The position numbers were made by a program, and so were the translations under genes. Shown here piece by piece: positions 13,144 through 28,173 of a DNA stretch of 64,000 nt. Below the pieces are notes generated by a model. The model had not been told where the DNA came from. It saw only the letters and a list, made by a program, of their open reading frames with translations, and did no database searches. The stretch lies in NCBI RefSeq assembly GCF_009834535.1, contig NC_045696.1, positions 63,862,001 to 63,926,000 on the forward strand, given 5' to 3'. This DNA is from Camelus ferus. Its lineage: Eukaryota. Numbering within the stretch: the first letter of the stretch is position 1; the number at the start of each line of letters is the position of its first letter.

Positions 13144-15264
13144 TTATTAGGAAGTTCAGGGCTAAACCTGCAGCTTACTTAGAGTAAAGTACACGGAACC
13201 CTTAAGTACCAATTTTATCCCAAGTTTCATGCTGTTTCACTTGCCTGGACTTTTTCTCTTCCCTTCCATCCAGCTTTTCCACCTAAGTATTTTACCTTTT
13301 GAACAGGGTAGATCTTTGTAAACTGCCTCAAATTGTTTTTGTGATAAGGCAGGGAATTTATAAACAAATAACCTAGTTTGTAGAAGATATACCACTAGGT
13401 AGCTGATTAATACAATACACTATAATATTCTAAAATGGTCTTTCTATACTGGTAATGTTTTTTAAATCACTAATTTAAGAACACTTTAGGGGAGACAACA
13501 TTTATCACATTTAACCTTCTATGAATAATCTCTGCATGGGAGGGAAAAAATTATCTGTATTTTGGCTCAATTCTTGGAAAACTCGGTGATATAAATATCT
13601 ATACTTAAACTCTATATTTTCAGCAATAGAAAAAATCATATTTTTTATGGAATTCATGATCATCTTCTTTAAAGTTAGATTCCACTGTAAGATTATAATT
13701 ACCTCTGTGAATTATTTTATTCTACATCCAATACATAAAATGTTCCACATTCATTACATCTATCAACTCAAATTACAATGAAAAAACTACTTAGAAGTTA
13801 TTTTATATGCTAACTCATTAATGATAGGCTGATTTTTCTAAAAAAAAAAAAATACACAATTTCAAAATGAATACATTTTTCCCCCACAGAAAAACCTAAA
13901 TATCAATAAAATTTAAAAGCTATGATATAGGTCATTAATTGGGAAAGCTAAAAAAGTATTAACCTTATCACCAGTAAAATATTCAGTCCCAAACAACTGA
14001 GAAGGCTTTAAAATAACACATCATTTTTTCTTTTCTATTTTCCTCTTATTCTTAAAAACATATTTTATTCTGAATTTTGTTAGGAGGGAAGTTGAAACAT
14101 TTTAAGAAAAGGAAAACCACCCAAGCAGCTCTTAAAGAGGCAGGACATCATTTATCACCTGCAAAGACAGATTTATAAGAAGAGGGCCCATTCTGTTCCT
14201 TTAAGACTGCAAAACAGATGGGAAGTGAATGGACAGTCAATGGGACAAGAAAACACATGGGAGGTGCTGCTGTATGTATGTTCCCAGCATAAGAAAGAGG
14301 TCAAGATTGTAACTGCATGACTGGGTCCTGGAAAGGGTCTTTCTTCAAGCTGTTACAAAGACAAACGCTGTTCCTCATCCTGCTGTCAAACTGTTATAAA
14401 TATTGGTTTGTCAAAAGACCTTCAGTGCTGAAGCTCTCAAAAGGAGGCGTAACAGACGAATGAATCATGAGAATGATTCTTAAACAGTCAGCTCATTAAT
14501 GTAATTTCAAAAGTAAAAGAAAATAATACAAGAACTGAAGATGTAATTCTGATTTATGAACAAACTAAAAGTTTATGGGAAAATTATGGAATTAAAAATT
14601 GTAGGCTTTAATAAAGTTATGAATTAAGTGTGATGAAAAACAAAAATGAAATACAATTACAGCTCAAATATGATGATGTATTAGGACAAAGTATTATTAA
14701 ACTTATCACCCACAGAACTAATATGCATTTGTGTTTTGTTAAAGCTGATTTCATAGATTTTCAGTTATTTCTCACAACAACCCACAATTTCTCACAATAT
14801 CAACCCTGTTGATACTGATAAAGAGGTATCAATACTGATATTGGTTCCATAAGTTAGAATAAGGCTCAAAGAAATAAAATAACTTCAGAATTAATTTCAT
14901 GTATTCACTAATTTAGAAAAACCCCTTTAAATTATAAGTCACAATTTCTTTTTTTATAGAAAAGGAATAATCATAAAATTGAAATAGCAATAAGAATGCA
15001 TATATTTATAAGCCTATGTTATCTTTTTTGAAGAATGAAACCATTACATGTCTTCAAGAGACAAATTTATTGATGCAGATTCTAAATTAATTAATTCGCT
15101 AAGAGAGTAGGCCCTAAAACTAACAGATTGGAAATAATATAAAAAAGGAAGCCAAATTATATGAATTTTGTTATCTATGGCCGCCCACAAGCACAAACTC
15201 AAAGACTAAAGATGAACAGAATCCCACATAAATCTAAAAAGATACTATCTCTAACACAAGTTCT

Positions 15265-15430
15265 TAGCCCCAGCTTTGCCATAAATATTTATGTAACTGG
15301 CTAAATCATTCTCCTCAATGAACATCAATTTCCCCATCTGAACAATGGGGATAATAACTTACAAGCCTCATAAGCCTTTACAAGGCAAACATAACAAACT
15401 CTGTAAAGTGCAAAACTCTATATAAATTTA
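15265..15430 (+). mobile_element. MIR SINE
   Basis: Core-like atcaatttccccatctgaacaatggggataataa. Confidence 0.6.
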
Positions 15431-18400
15431 AGGCACATATACAGAGTTCCAAGCAGGATTTGGATTCCAAAGTACTAAATGACGCAGTTATATGAGAATA
15501 CTTTCTATTCCCGAATGCTCGCCTGGCTTACTCACTGCCTTATTGATTGTCAGCAATCTCAAAACAAAACAAAACCAATTTCAGGGGAAGTGAGAATGAA
15601 AGATTACAAAGTTAAGAAGACAGTGGATGGCTTAAAGTAGAGGCAACAGCCTAAACATTCAAAGGTTTTCCTGTGTAAAAGAGAAGCATGATCAAAAGTA
15701 GTTAGAGTGCATGGAAGACTCAATCCAGTAGTTTAAGATAGGAGCGACCTGAGCATTTCTGAAGAAAGGAGAGACATAATGAAGGCACAGGCACACACAA
15801 AAAGTGCCAGGGTCCTGAATAGAGGTGGGGATTAACTTTAAAAGCAGAGTGATTTTTAGTACATGTTTCGCTACAATATAGCCTGACCTATTTAAAGTAA
15901 TGGATACCATAGGTTTTATTTTTACTAATGCTGCTTATTCATCTCAGTGAACCTTTTTGAAATAACTTTGTATGAAGAAAAGGAAGAGAAATTTAGCCTT
16001 CTCTGATAGATGAGAAACCAGAAATAGGAGCAATGACAACAAATTGAGGAGGAAGCCAATCCAAGATCTCTTCATGAAAAAATATGTCCCAGAAATGCGA
16101 CAGAAATTACATGCCTAAGATAACATAAAATTTTTGTTAGAATACAATGTTACACTGGTTATCTCTGGGCAGTGGCAACTGTTTAAGAAATTTTGCCACC
16201 TATATTTCCTAAATTTCCACAATGCATATGGACTAGTTCCATGATAAACAAGATTAAAACACAAACGCCTAAAGTTCTGGCAGCGCAGTATGTGAAGCCA
16301 GGTACACATGACTCAGAATATGAAACAGTGACAATAAAAGGAGAGGCCAAAAAAGACTTAAACTCCTTGGCCAGAAAAAAGATCTACCTGAAGTGAATAT
16401 ATAAATAGCAAACTTCATTCTACAACTCAAAATACTAAAACTAAGGAACAGATGAAGAGCTCTTCTAAGAGAAATTAAAACGGACTATTTCCATACGCAG
16501 TAGGTAACAATAAAGCAGAGAAAATCTATTATCTTAAACGGGCTGTACAAGCTTAAAAACTTCACTAGTTCAAGAAAGATTTCAGTTCATCCACAGATGA
16601 CAGATTTATGAAGGACAGTTACTGGAAATGAGAAGAATTCAAAGTGAATTCCAACCATGAAGGATGATGCAATGATGAGCAATCACTATGTGGCCCCATG
16701 AAATGTCTCCTGGTGTCACAATCAGCAACAGGTTATTTGGGAAAATACTCAGTCACTTTTAAGAGTGTCATATCAGGAATTAGCTTTATTGTTTCTATGA
16801 ACACAGTAATTAAGAATATGAAATTTTTAAGGTAATTTTTTTAGGGTTTATTTATTGCTTACTTGATTTATTGACTGAAGTACAGTCAATTATGAGGTAA
16901 TTATGGATTCTGCTCATTTGGGAAAACAGTTTAGAAATATATAAAAAGGCAAATAATAAATAAATAAATAATTCCTTTTGCCTTTATTAACCCCTCTCTC
17001 CAACTATTCTGAGAATATTACTTCACAGAAGTTACCAGTTCAATGTGCATCAATTTGTCCTTCAAGATAGTTCTGTTTTTAAAAAATTTTATTCATATCT
17101 TGCTTAATTTTATTTTTTAATATAGTTTCACAGGCCAGTGGATTTGTTCTGTGATTAGATTTAATTTTCAATGACTAGATTCCATGTTTTCCATCTTCGA
17201 ATAGAGAGAATAGCTAAAACATAATTAAAAAACAAAACAAAGTTCAATCCCAAACATCAAGATATTATTTCATTCTAAACTCTCAGTGAGGGAGTGGTAA
17301 GCATTAATAAGAAGAAAAAAAACCCCTTAATTTCTAGCTTTAAATATGTGCATTGGCTTTTTTGTACATAAGAATACACACATCAAAATAACACACAAAC
17401 AGAATCTACTTTAAAATGATAAAAATTCAATCCATAAATTATTGAAGAGCACTTTTTTATCTTTTTTCTCACTTTTAATCAGTTAAAATGTGAATTTTAA
17501 GAAAAAAGAATATACTTGCTAGTAAAGCCCTGAGTATCAGTAGCCTCTGTAAGATTACAGAAAAGTAAATAGCCTTTTAATCTTGAAACAATTTATCAAT
17601 ATCCTTCAATGTTTTCTTTAAAAAAACAGTCTTAAGGCATGAAAAATGTGCTGGATTCCAAAAGCCCCATTTTGAGGCTGAATTTTCTCATCAATAACCC
17701 AGAAAGCACAGCACTCAGACTTATCATGTGGAATTCTGCGTGTAAATAACTGCTTCTCTAACAGAGGACTCTCCCTGAGGATTACTTTATTCTTTGTGTC
17801 AACCCCTACTCTCTCTCTCTCTCCCTTTTTTTTGGCTACAACACAAAGGCAGAGTCTACTTCATCTATGTAGACTCAAGGTAAAAATAATCCTTCACTCT
17901 CTTCCTTATCTGCTTTGTCAATTTCACCTTGCTATGAAAAATATTTCACAAAAACACAATTTAAAAATTCAATCACTTTTACTGTGAGATGCTTTTAAAG
18001 ACCTCAAACACTGATAACATAAAACAGAAAGAAGTTATTTATTCTGTAGTGAAGGAGAGAAACATTCTAATCTTCATTTTTCAAATATATTCATTTCTAC
18101 TAACCATTACAAAAGGTACATGAATGTCAAAGAGAATAAAAATATTCCAGTCAACTTCAAAATACCTTACAAACATTAAAAAAAAAAAAATAAGAGTTTC
18201 GGTGAATTGGGTGGCAGTTAGGATTAGCAGTTAGGACACCACTGGTGACCGAAAAAGAAGTGGTTCTGCTAGGGATGAAAGCTAGACCACAAGGGGAGAA
18301 TGCAGCAATTGCAAACTACTCTGCAAGAGAAATGAGGTGGGAGCTTCCTGGCATGACAGAGCGGAAGAATGATTCCTTAGGATGAGAAAGCCTCCTTCTC

Positions 18401-21400
18401 CCTTTTTTTTTTTAAGTCATGAGAAGGGGGCTAAAGAAGAGTCTGTATTAAGACGTCATAATCAAACATTCAGTGAACACATATAATACATGACACATGA
18501 AGTGTGGTGAATTTATGAAAGAATCAAATCACTCTGGCAGAACAGATCAATCACAATAGACACGAAAAACATTTTTTTTCCTGAATTGGTTATTTTGGCT
18601 GATCTGCAGTTGTCTATAGTGGGAAGCCTGCCTTCTACTCAATTAAACAACACTGGCAGTACCTGAGCAAGATTTCTAACCACTGAAGGAAGGTAAATAA
18701 GCAGGGAGTAGGAAAAACACTAGTTGAGGACCAAGAGATAATGATGCAGAAGAAGCACAGTGAGAGACATTAAAAAAAGAGACAAAGGGAAAAGACTGCT
18801 GAGAAATGTGCTGGAGGCTGGGAGAGATGAGAATGCAGTACTGAGGTTCTATAATTATTGGTCAAAGAAACAATAACAGTATTTCGCTATAAAAGATGCC
18901 ACAGGGCTTACGGTTTTCACAGTTGCCTAGGTACCTAGAATTCGACAACTCATTGCTCCCCTCTCCTCCTTTTAATCTCTTTAAAATTCACTTTCTTTGC
19001 TTATGTCTACAGAAACAAAATGAACATGCTACTATAAATATAGCTTAAAGAACACATTTTCAACAGTCACATTAGGTATCAGACTACAAAAAGAAGATTC
19101 ATGTCAATTTTATTTCAACTGATAAAATGACAGGTTGTACCGCTGTAAACAAGGAAGAACTCTCTAGAGTACTGGTTCGGGGACAGGAGAGTCAGGGCAC
19201 TGGTGCATGGCAAGAGTCAGCCTGGAGGTTGGTCAAAATATGCATGCCCGAGCTCTACCTCTGGAAAAAGAGTTTTCTCCCTTTTCTATAATTTTAAGTT
19301 CCAGATGCTGACTATAATAATCTTTTTAGGATAATTTTCAGTCTTGCACTACTTCATGGCCACTATTTTCATCCATAAGGCCCTCAGGGATTCTGCAGGT
19401 ATGGCAGAAGGCTAGGAATATGGAGTAACCACTGAAAATTAAATTCAAGAGTATCTCGGTATCTTTCTTTTCTAAACGAAGAACAAAATTCTTGCTGAAG
19501 TTTCCATCTAGATATTTTCTGACTACTTTTTATCCCCATTTTAATGTGGCATGAAGACATTTCTTAAATATCTTTATTAGAATAATATTCTAGAGCTAAT
19601 GAAAGCCTCTTCTGATAGTGAAACAGCTAAGGTGCATTTCTCTTCCACCTCAGCGTTTAAAGTGGCAGTTTTGCATCATTCTGCTGCTGCTCCCTCTTTA
19701 TCACTGTAATTTCAAAAATGCACTAGGTACATTAATTATGAAAAATAAAGTTTTCATTATAAAAAGAATTTCTATTACTATCTGGCAGCTCAGAGAAAAA
19801 AGAAATTTCTATCTGTTGTCTATATTTCTTAAGTTTTTTGCATCAAAACCGAATCTCCTGCACACTAAGATACAAAGCTTGTATTTTTACTCCATCGTAA
19901 TTATCAAGAGAAAGTACAGGATGGAGGACAAGAGGAGACTGGGAAAGTGAGGAGACACAAAGAGGATCCCCACCAGCATTGTGTGTGCTCCCAAGAGAAA
20001 CAAACTTTACGTTTCAAGAAACAATTGCTTGCTGTCTGGGAGATGCTCAGGCATCAAACAATAAAGAACAGTCAACAGAGGCAAGAGGCCGAGCACGCTG
20101 CTGCGACTCCTGCTCTAATCCCCGGAGCTCCAGTAAAAGGGCCAGCTGTTGCCACCTCGCGTAGGGAGTCAGCAGAGCAAATTAATCACGGGAGAAAAAA
20201 GCTGCGGATATTGGAAAATTCTAATTTACCAGCCTCTTTAAGCTACACTTGTTTTTTTCAAAACATTCAGGACATCAAACTATATTGTTAAAATAAGCCT
20301 GTGCAATGGTAGCCCAAGTAAAGGAGTTTACCACTGTTTTCACAATCCATTAGTAAATGAGCTATAAAGATGAAACATTCAGTTTTGACTGAAGCTTGTC
20401 TTCCCTTTATGTAAAGTACAAGAAATATGAAGAAATACACTAAAGCTTATTATAAAACATTTCAACACTCTCAGACTAGCTCAACAAAAAGCCTCAACTT
20501 AGGGTAAGTCTTTATGCTCAATTAAAGATTCTGTATCTGTGATAGCTGGACCTTAAGTCTCTAAGCACAAACACACCACACTGAAAAGTTGTATCTGAAT
20601 TTTGGGCAACTTGGATACTACTTATCTGCAGTGGAATTGAGCTGAGTTTAGTTTGAGACATGCTTACAAGCCGTATAAAAAAATTAACTTCCTTCAATCT
20701 GTTTAGTGCCTTCGTTTACACTTTAGTGTCCTCTTACACAGATGTTCTAATTCTATCAAAGTCTTCATATTGTTTGAAAGTTTAAGCCACGAAGCTTTTT
20801 GTAGTGTAGGAAGTACACAGGATGGTAATGATCACGACCATCATCATGACCATGACTAATATGTATGTCTTTCTGACCCACTCAGAAAGGACACTGTTAA
20901 CTACAGAAGCTTCCAAATAAAAAGGACCATTTTATGTAATTATATTTTCCAATGGCTTGGAGGTTTTCCTCAAATTAGTTGTTAAAAGACCCAGGCTCAA
21001 ATCTTGGCTTTACCACTTACTGTGTATGTGTTTCTTAGGCCCCCTTTCCTTTGTCTATAAAATAAGGAAAATGTCCCTATAAGAAGGCACGTTAAAAACA
21101 GAGCCTACTATCTGGCATAGGAAATGTATTCAATATTAACTCACATTCATAAATAGTTTCAAGTTCTGATACAAAAATGAAAAGGAATTTACTGCAAAAT
21201 AAAGAGAGAAAAATCTAAATGATGGGTAATATCCCTTTAATTCCTGGGTATCAATGACTCTTGATTATGTACAAAGAGAATGAAAAGTGTAATTGGGCTT
21301 TAGTGAACAAGAGTTAAAAAAGAAACCTAAGCTCTAAATCCTATGCATCTGATATCAAGGTTCAAAAACTCACAATAACCTAGTTAACTGTTGATACAAT

Positions 21401-22149
21401 ATTTATAGAGCAAACAAGAAAAGAATCTCATGCTGTACTGATGAAACTCAGTTTAGCAACATTACCAGCAAATTCTCCCAGTGTCCAGATACTCAGTTTC
21501 TGGGCTGGATGAAGAACAAATTCCAAAAAAAGTCTGTGAGATGTAAGCACTATTACTTGTTTTATATAATGACAATCATAAAATAGATTTTATAAATCAT
21601 AAATAGATCATAATTGAAAGAAAAACTTTGAACTGAGCTATAATGTACCAATTTTTCCCTCTCTAAAGAAAGCATTTTAAAATTGCAGTCTGTTTCAATA
21701 AATAGATTGGACACATTATTAAAAAATCATGCTGGGAATCCAAATAGATTTTTACCTAAATTAATACTATATTTAAATAGCTATAAAAATCCTTTGAAAT
21801 AAAATTCACTACAAAATCAAAAGATTTCATCAAGGTTAGAGTGGACAAATGTAAACACTGGACAATTCTAAGTATGACTGGACACTGCAAAAAAGGAATT
21901 AAGATGGAGAGATTAGCTATGTATCTCATTAAACTGTCCAGGAGGCAAACCAGTCTTTCAACATCTTCAGAGACCATGTTTTCAAAAGTCTCAATTTCTC
22001 TAAATTATTTTCTCATGATCTCTGATCCATTATCAGCTATAAAAACAAAATTAAATCTTTTTTACCCTTTTCTCAGACTTAGGGAACAGCTGTAAGAATA
22101 TTACAAAGAACATACTTTTTCATGAATCATTTATAGTCATTATGTCCTG

Positions 22150-22990
22150 TAAGCCCAAATATCCTACTGTGTAATAGCTACAAATAAGGATATTTTCCTA
22201 AATAATCCCTATCTAACAAAGCTTAAATATTCACATTGAAGTATTAATAAATACCATGTAACCCTCAGATCCCATTCAGGTTTCACCGGCTATCCCATTA
22301 ATGCCCTCTAGAGCAAAAAGATCTAGTTCAAGACCACACGTTGTATTTAGTTTTCATGTTCTTTAGTCTCCCTCAGCCTGGAACAGTTCCTCAGTCTTCC
22401 TCTGTCTCTCATAATCTTGATACACTTAAGGCTTACAGGCCAATTATTTTGTAGAGTGTGCTTTAATTGGGGCTTTTCTGATATATCTATGATCAGATTT
22501 AAGTTATACATCTTTGGCAATTAAATGGTAGAAGTGATGCCAGGTTCGTCTCACTGCGTCCTCACTGCACACAGCTCTGATTTGACCATTACTGACCACT
22601 TGATTAAGATGGTTAGTGCTAGGCTTCTCCACTGTAAAGCTATTCTTTTTTCCTTTTTAATTATTTTGTGTGGAGATATTTTGTGTGATTATATAAACAT
22701 CCCACTCCTCATCACTGATTTTATTCATTTATTTATATAATTATCAGTTAATAGTCTTGTTTTATTCAGTGGGCTATAATTTATAACTGTCATTATTTAT
22801 CTTGATGCCCAAATTGTCCTAGTTTTGGCTAGGAGGAGCCTCTGCACACTGGCTTCTGTATTTGGTTGACATGTCTCCATCATCCTTCAACTACTTCCTT
22901 ACTTTCTACATCCTAAGATGTCCCAGGTTCATCCTGACCTTTTCCTGCTCAACCTGTGGAATCCACCACATCTCCAGAGTCTTGGTTCCT
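22150..22990 (-). mobile_element. Old L1 (L1MC-like) 3' region
   Basis: Typical L1MC phrases (ttgtatttagttttcatg, aggcttctccactgtaaag, gatgcccaaattgtcc). Confidence 0.65.
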
Positions 22991-23576
22991 TGTATGACTC
23001 CTCTCCCATGAGTCTACTAGGACAGAAACTAATTTCATGGCTTGATTTCAATAGTGAACATGGTGTATCTTCTCCAGAATATGAGAGAACACTGTACTAT
23101 TTCATATCTTAAAGGACAACCAATTGATGAATCTCCAAAGTAAGGTGGTAAAATGATTTAAACTTGGGCAAGTTTAAGACTGGCAAAAAGTACGATGCAT
23201 CAAACTTCTACCAATCTCTACAATACTCTACCCTGTACTAGTTTTGAAATTGTAGTAAAACTCTGACTGCCTCACTTTCTCTAAACTCCATTAACCAACA
23301 CAGCATATTCTAATTGAATATGTTATACTAGGAACCTTGGTCTGTGTAATACAGTAGTAGCTATTAACTTTGAAAGTTTTCTGGCTGAAAGTGTCCATGA
23401 CCATATTCCCAAGTGTTAGACTGAAGATAAACAGTAAGGAAAAGGTACTCTCAAGATTCTTTTTCAACTAGTGGACAAAGTCATGGCTCATCTCCTTCAG
23501 TGTGACTGATGAAGCTGAGTCACTGGTCAAACACTTGCTTCCAAGGACATTATTTGGAACATTAACACGAACCTAA

Positions 23577-23579
<3 letters not shown>

Positions 23580-23608
<29 letters not shown>
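23580..23608 (+). repeat. (CA)14 microsatellite
   Basis: Perfect dinucleotide run. Confidence 0.95.
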
Positions 23609-23610
<2 letters not shown>

Positions 23611-25109
23611 GTAAATCATTTCAAGCATTTCAAGGGAGTCATATGATTACTTTCTCAGGAAAACCAACAGGAGAACATAAGACTTGGCTTGGCAGTGCAC
23701 AAATCTGTGTTAGCAGTACACTTCCTTTAAATAATCAAATTGGGAGTGGAAAGTGATGAGGTCACACAATGCCCTATTATAGAACATGAGAAAAGACATA
23801 TCATTCTTTAATCACTTAAAAATGTATATGCTGGTAAAACACATGAAGTATTTCACTGTCTAATAACTATCCTATGAAGGATACAAAAGAAATATATCTG
23901 CATGCATTGTGACACTGACACATCTCTTCCTGTAACTGTATTAATTTAGCATAAAATTACGAACTAGGAACTTCCAAACAGCTTTTTGAACCAATTCTCC
24001 TCACTACCCTGTGAAATAACTATTATAGTAGTCATTTTTACAAACAAAGCAGCTAAGGCTTCTTTGGGAGATACCCTGCTTAGTACATGGTAGCCTAGAT
24101 TTAAACAGACCTCTTAGGAGTCTTATACTTCCAAAGCAGCATGAAAAAACTAAAATGATAGCAAGAGAAGATGGAAATAAAAGTTGTAGAAAAAAAGGAA
24201 AAGAGAAAGAACTAAGAAGCTGAGATAAGCACGGAGGAGGGGAGAGAAGGAGGGGACAAGCCGTGGGGGAGAACACACGGCTTGGGCACAGAGAGAAGAT
24301 GGGGAAACGCTGCCTGGTCTCTCCTGGATCGTCTAGTGACGGTATTGCAGGGATAAGTATTCAGCTTACAAACTGTTTTCAGATTTGAAGAACTGCTTTC
24401 TATTGAGCACATACTATCTTTTTTGGACATCCAAAAACTCAAAGATAATAAATTTAAGCGTACATTGAAAGGAAAAAATTACTGTTTCATGAAGCTGAAA
24501 TAAGGGAAATTTCTAACAAGGTAAAGTAACTAGTAAATTTTAGTATGCAGCCCAAACATCTTAAAGCTAAAAATTCACCAGCATTCAAGAAAGAACCAAA
24601 CATTGCTCCTCTGTCTCCTCCACCCACTTCCCCCCCCAAAAAAAAGAAAAAGCAAAAGACACAGTGACAAAGTGACTAATAAGGCCAGACAGGTTGAGGG
24701 GCAAGAGTGGGGAGCATATCAACCAGATATAGGTGTAAAGAGGGCACTCACAGGGGGTGCTGGTGGCCTGCCCGGTAGTGAAGAGAGGATCCATGTAGGA
24801 GGGCAGTCAGTGCAGGGTGTTGAAGCACAAGCAGGATGAAAATGGTGTCTCTATAAAAGCATGGTCTGGCTTGGGGTGAGGAAGAGCCCTTGTGTGGGGT
24901 GAGGAAGGATGGGAGAGATGGCTGGCACAGGGTCACAGCATGAGCTCAGTAAAAAGAATTCTGTGAAGAAGGGCAACCTGGCACGGGATGTCAGAGCCTA
25001 GCTGAGGTGGAAAGGGTGTCAACACAGGGTGAGGCAGGCACTGTGGCGGGGGCCTGGAGTTGGGTGATAAGAACACTGGGTGAGAAGGATATTTATGCAA
25101 TGAAGAGGA

Positions 25110-25715
25110 CAGTGACAAATTTGGTTACACATAAGAGGATTGATCAAAATAAGTCAATATATTAAGGACACTTAGAGCCAGATTTCTCATCAGAAAAAGA
25201 AGTTACAAATATGGAAAAGGGAAAATCAGAATGAACTCTGTATTATTAGATTAAACTGCAAAGTACTGGTGTCAACTTATGGTTTTCAATATAGATATAT
25301 ACACAGGTGTAAATATGTGTAAATGCACGCAGGCAACGTACCTGTTCCCTAGCCCCACTGAGCGGGGGCACTCTAGCATCAATGAACTTATCTAGTTCCC
25401 AGCTCTTGATTTCTAAACATCATTCTTCAAAAAGGAAAGCTCGGTCAGGGAAAGTACGAGATGTGTACGAAACACCTTGTCATACGGAAGGACAATATTA
25501 GGACAACAGGTGAAACCAGGATGGAGTCTGAAAATCAGATGTAGTAATTTATCAGTGTTAACATCCTGACTTTGATGGTTGCTAGGAGAAAGTCCTTGTT
25601 TCTTAAAAACACACATTAACGTACTGTAAACTGATGGAGCTTCAAGTCAGCAACTTTCAAACAGCTCAGAGGGAAAAAGTTCTTTGTATACACTTTTCTA
25701 TAAGCTTGAGATGAA
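25110..25715 (+). mobile_element. Old L1 (L1MC-like) 3' region
   Basis: agttacaaatatggaaaaggga...cagcaactttcaaacagctcagagggaaaaagttctttgta. Confidence 0.6.
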
Positions 25716-25778
25716 ATGGAGAAATAAATGGACATGGGGAAGGTGAAAAGGCAGTGAGGTGGCAGGCAGGGAGAACTA

Positions 25779-25928
<150 letters not shown>

Positions 25929-26355
25929 TCATGTTTATGAATGCACAAGAATGATACAATTAATGATAATCGAGAGTACGTTTTTGTTTTCTCATCACAC
26001 TAAATCTGTTGTTAAGTTCAGACTTCTCACAGGGAGAAGCCTACCTGTTATGCAGTACTTCCATCAGCATGACACTAGTATGTATTCTCAGAGAAAGTCC
26101 TATTTTTAAAGGAATGCTTTAATGAAAGCACAGATTTCCCAAAAAACCTAAGTGATGCTTAGGTGTCCTTTCCTAACAGAGTTTTCATGTAATGAAGAAG
26201 GACTCTTGGTACATTTTATCTCCCATCTTTTTCAATTATGATTTATTTTCAGTCATATTTTAAGGGCAAATTAAAATTCTTGGTTTTTCTCATAAATCTA
26301 CTTTTCAGGAAGTATTCTGGCATCCTTTTATTTAAAAGGAATGTTATTACTATTA

Positions 26356-26565
<210 letters not shown>

Positions 26566-26959
26566 CTACAGTTAGTACCTATAGCCTAAGCTTTAATTTA
26601 AAAAAAAATCAGATTTACCTAATACATATATTCCTACTAGACGTAACCTACCAATTTTTTTCTACACAGGATCTATGAAATTCTGCTTGATTTGAGTTTT
26701 ATCTTCCCCACAGCTATAGAGCTCTGTTTTGGTTCCAATGACAAAGCAAGTAAACTTTAGAAGTAGAGAATTTCATTACATTGTATACAAATAGAAGTTC
26801 ACAGAATATACCCTTAATTTCTATTTAGTTTCAACTACCAATCATGTTATCTTAAATTTGTCCTTAGGTTAACTTTTTGAGTGTGCACTCAAGCCATTTT
26901 TGAAATTCAGTAGCATATGAAATTAAATTAATAAAATTTTTAAAAAGATGCTTTTTCTC

Positions 26960-27172
26960 TGGGTGAGGAGTAAAATAGGGGTAGAGGATTAAGAGGTACA
27001 AACTACTATGTATAAAATAGATAAGCTAGAAGGATGTATTGTACAGCACAGGAAACACAGCCAATATTTTATAATAAGTGGGGTATAATCTATGAAAATA
27101 CTGAATCACTATGTTATATACCTGAAACTAATATGACATTGTAAATCAACTTTACTTCAATTAAAAAAAAAA
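26960..27172 (+). mobile_element. L1 3' end (cetartiodactyl-type) with poly(A)
   Basis: gattaagaggtacaaactactatgtataaaat...cattgtaaatcaactttacttcaattaaaa(A)n. Confidence 0.8.
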
Positions 27173-27979
27173 CTGTCATGTTCCTTTTTGAAAGAAAGAA
27201 AGCTTATTCTATACAGAGAGGTCTTTCCAACAATTAAAATTATGCAAAAAATGTGTATAATATAATTTAAACACAATTTTCTTTTAAGCTGCTGAAGTCT
27301 CAAGATCACTAATTAACAAGGCTTTTTCAGAAGGATATTTTAAAAAGCATTTCTGCTTGAAAGAAAATGCTCAAAATACATTAGTCTATCGCCACCTAGA
27401 GGTTACTTTGCAAAATGTGACATTAAGCTTTGTACAATCAGCCATTCCAAGAACTGTATACATTTCTTTTAAAGAATTATTTAAAGTAAGATTCCCATGA
27501 TATAAAGAAAGAATTACAATATGGGAAAAGAGCATGATAAAAATGTATTACATTATGATTTCTACTATGCAAACAGATAGTTATTTTATATACATACACA
27601 CAGCCATGTAGAGTTAAACAGATATATATAAAAATGTCAACTAAAATTACTTCTAGGTCAGGGGATTATAAGTTACTCTTTCTTTTTGCATTTTTTAAAC
27701 ATTTATTTATTCCATTTATTTTCCACAATGGGAATTTATTATTTTCTAACATAAAAAATTGTTTAAAAAAAAATCTTAAAAGTAGTTTAGAGCCTATTAA
27801 TAGCACACAGTCTCAAAGGTACTGTGATGATATGCACGTAAAATGCAGTTACTACCAGAGTGATAAACATCTTTGGAAAAAAATGAGTTAGATTACTCTA
27901 TAAATCACACATACTTTTTTTTTGAAGATCAAAAGACTTAAAATTAATGCTAAACCTCAAGCTTACTTTTAAGCAATTA

Positions 27980-28141
<162 letters not shown>

Positions 28142-28151
28142 CTAAAATTGG

Positions 28152-28173
28152 AAAAAAAAAAAAAAAAAAAAAA
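28152..28173 (+). repeat. Poly(A)22 = poly(T) tract upstream of the exon 25 acceptor
   Basis: Mononucleotide run about 10 nt from the acceptor. Confidence 0.9.

Noticed and set aside
19618..20291. Adjacent 110-aa and 114-aa plus-strand ORFs
   Set aside because: Both start at GTG, have no recognisable domain and lie antisense in an intron; lengths are within chance expectation
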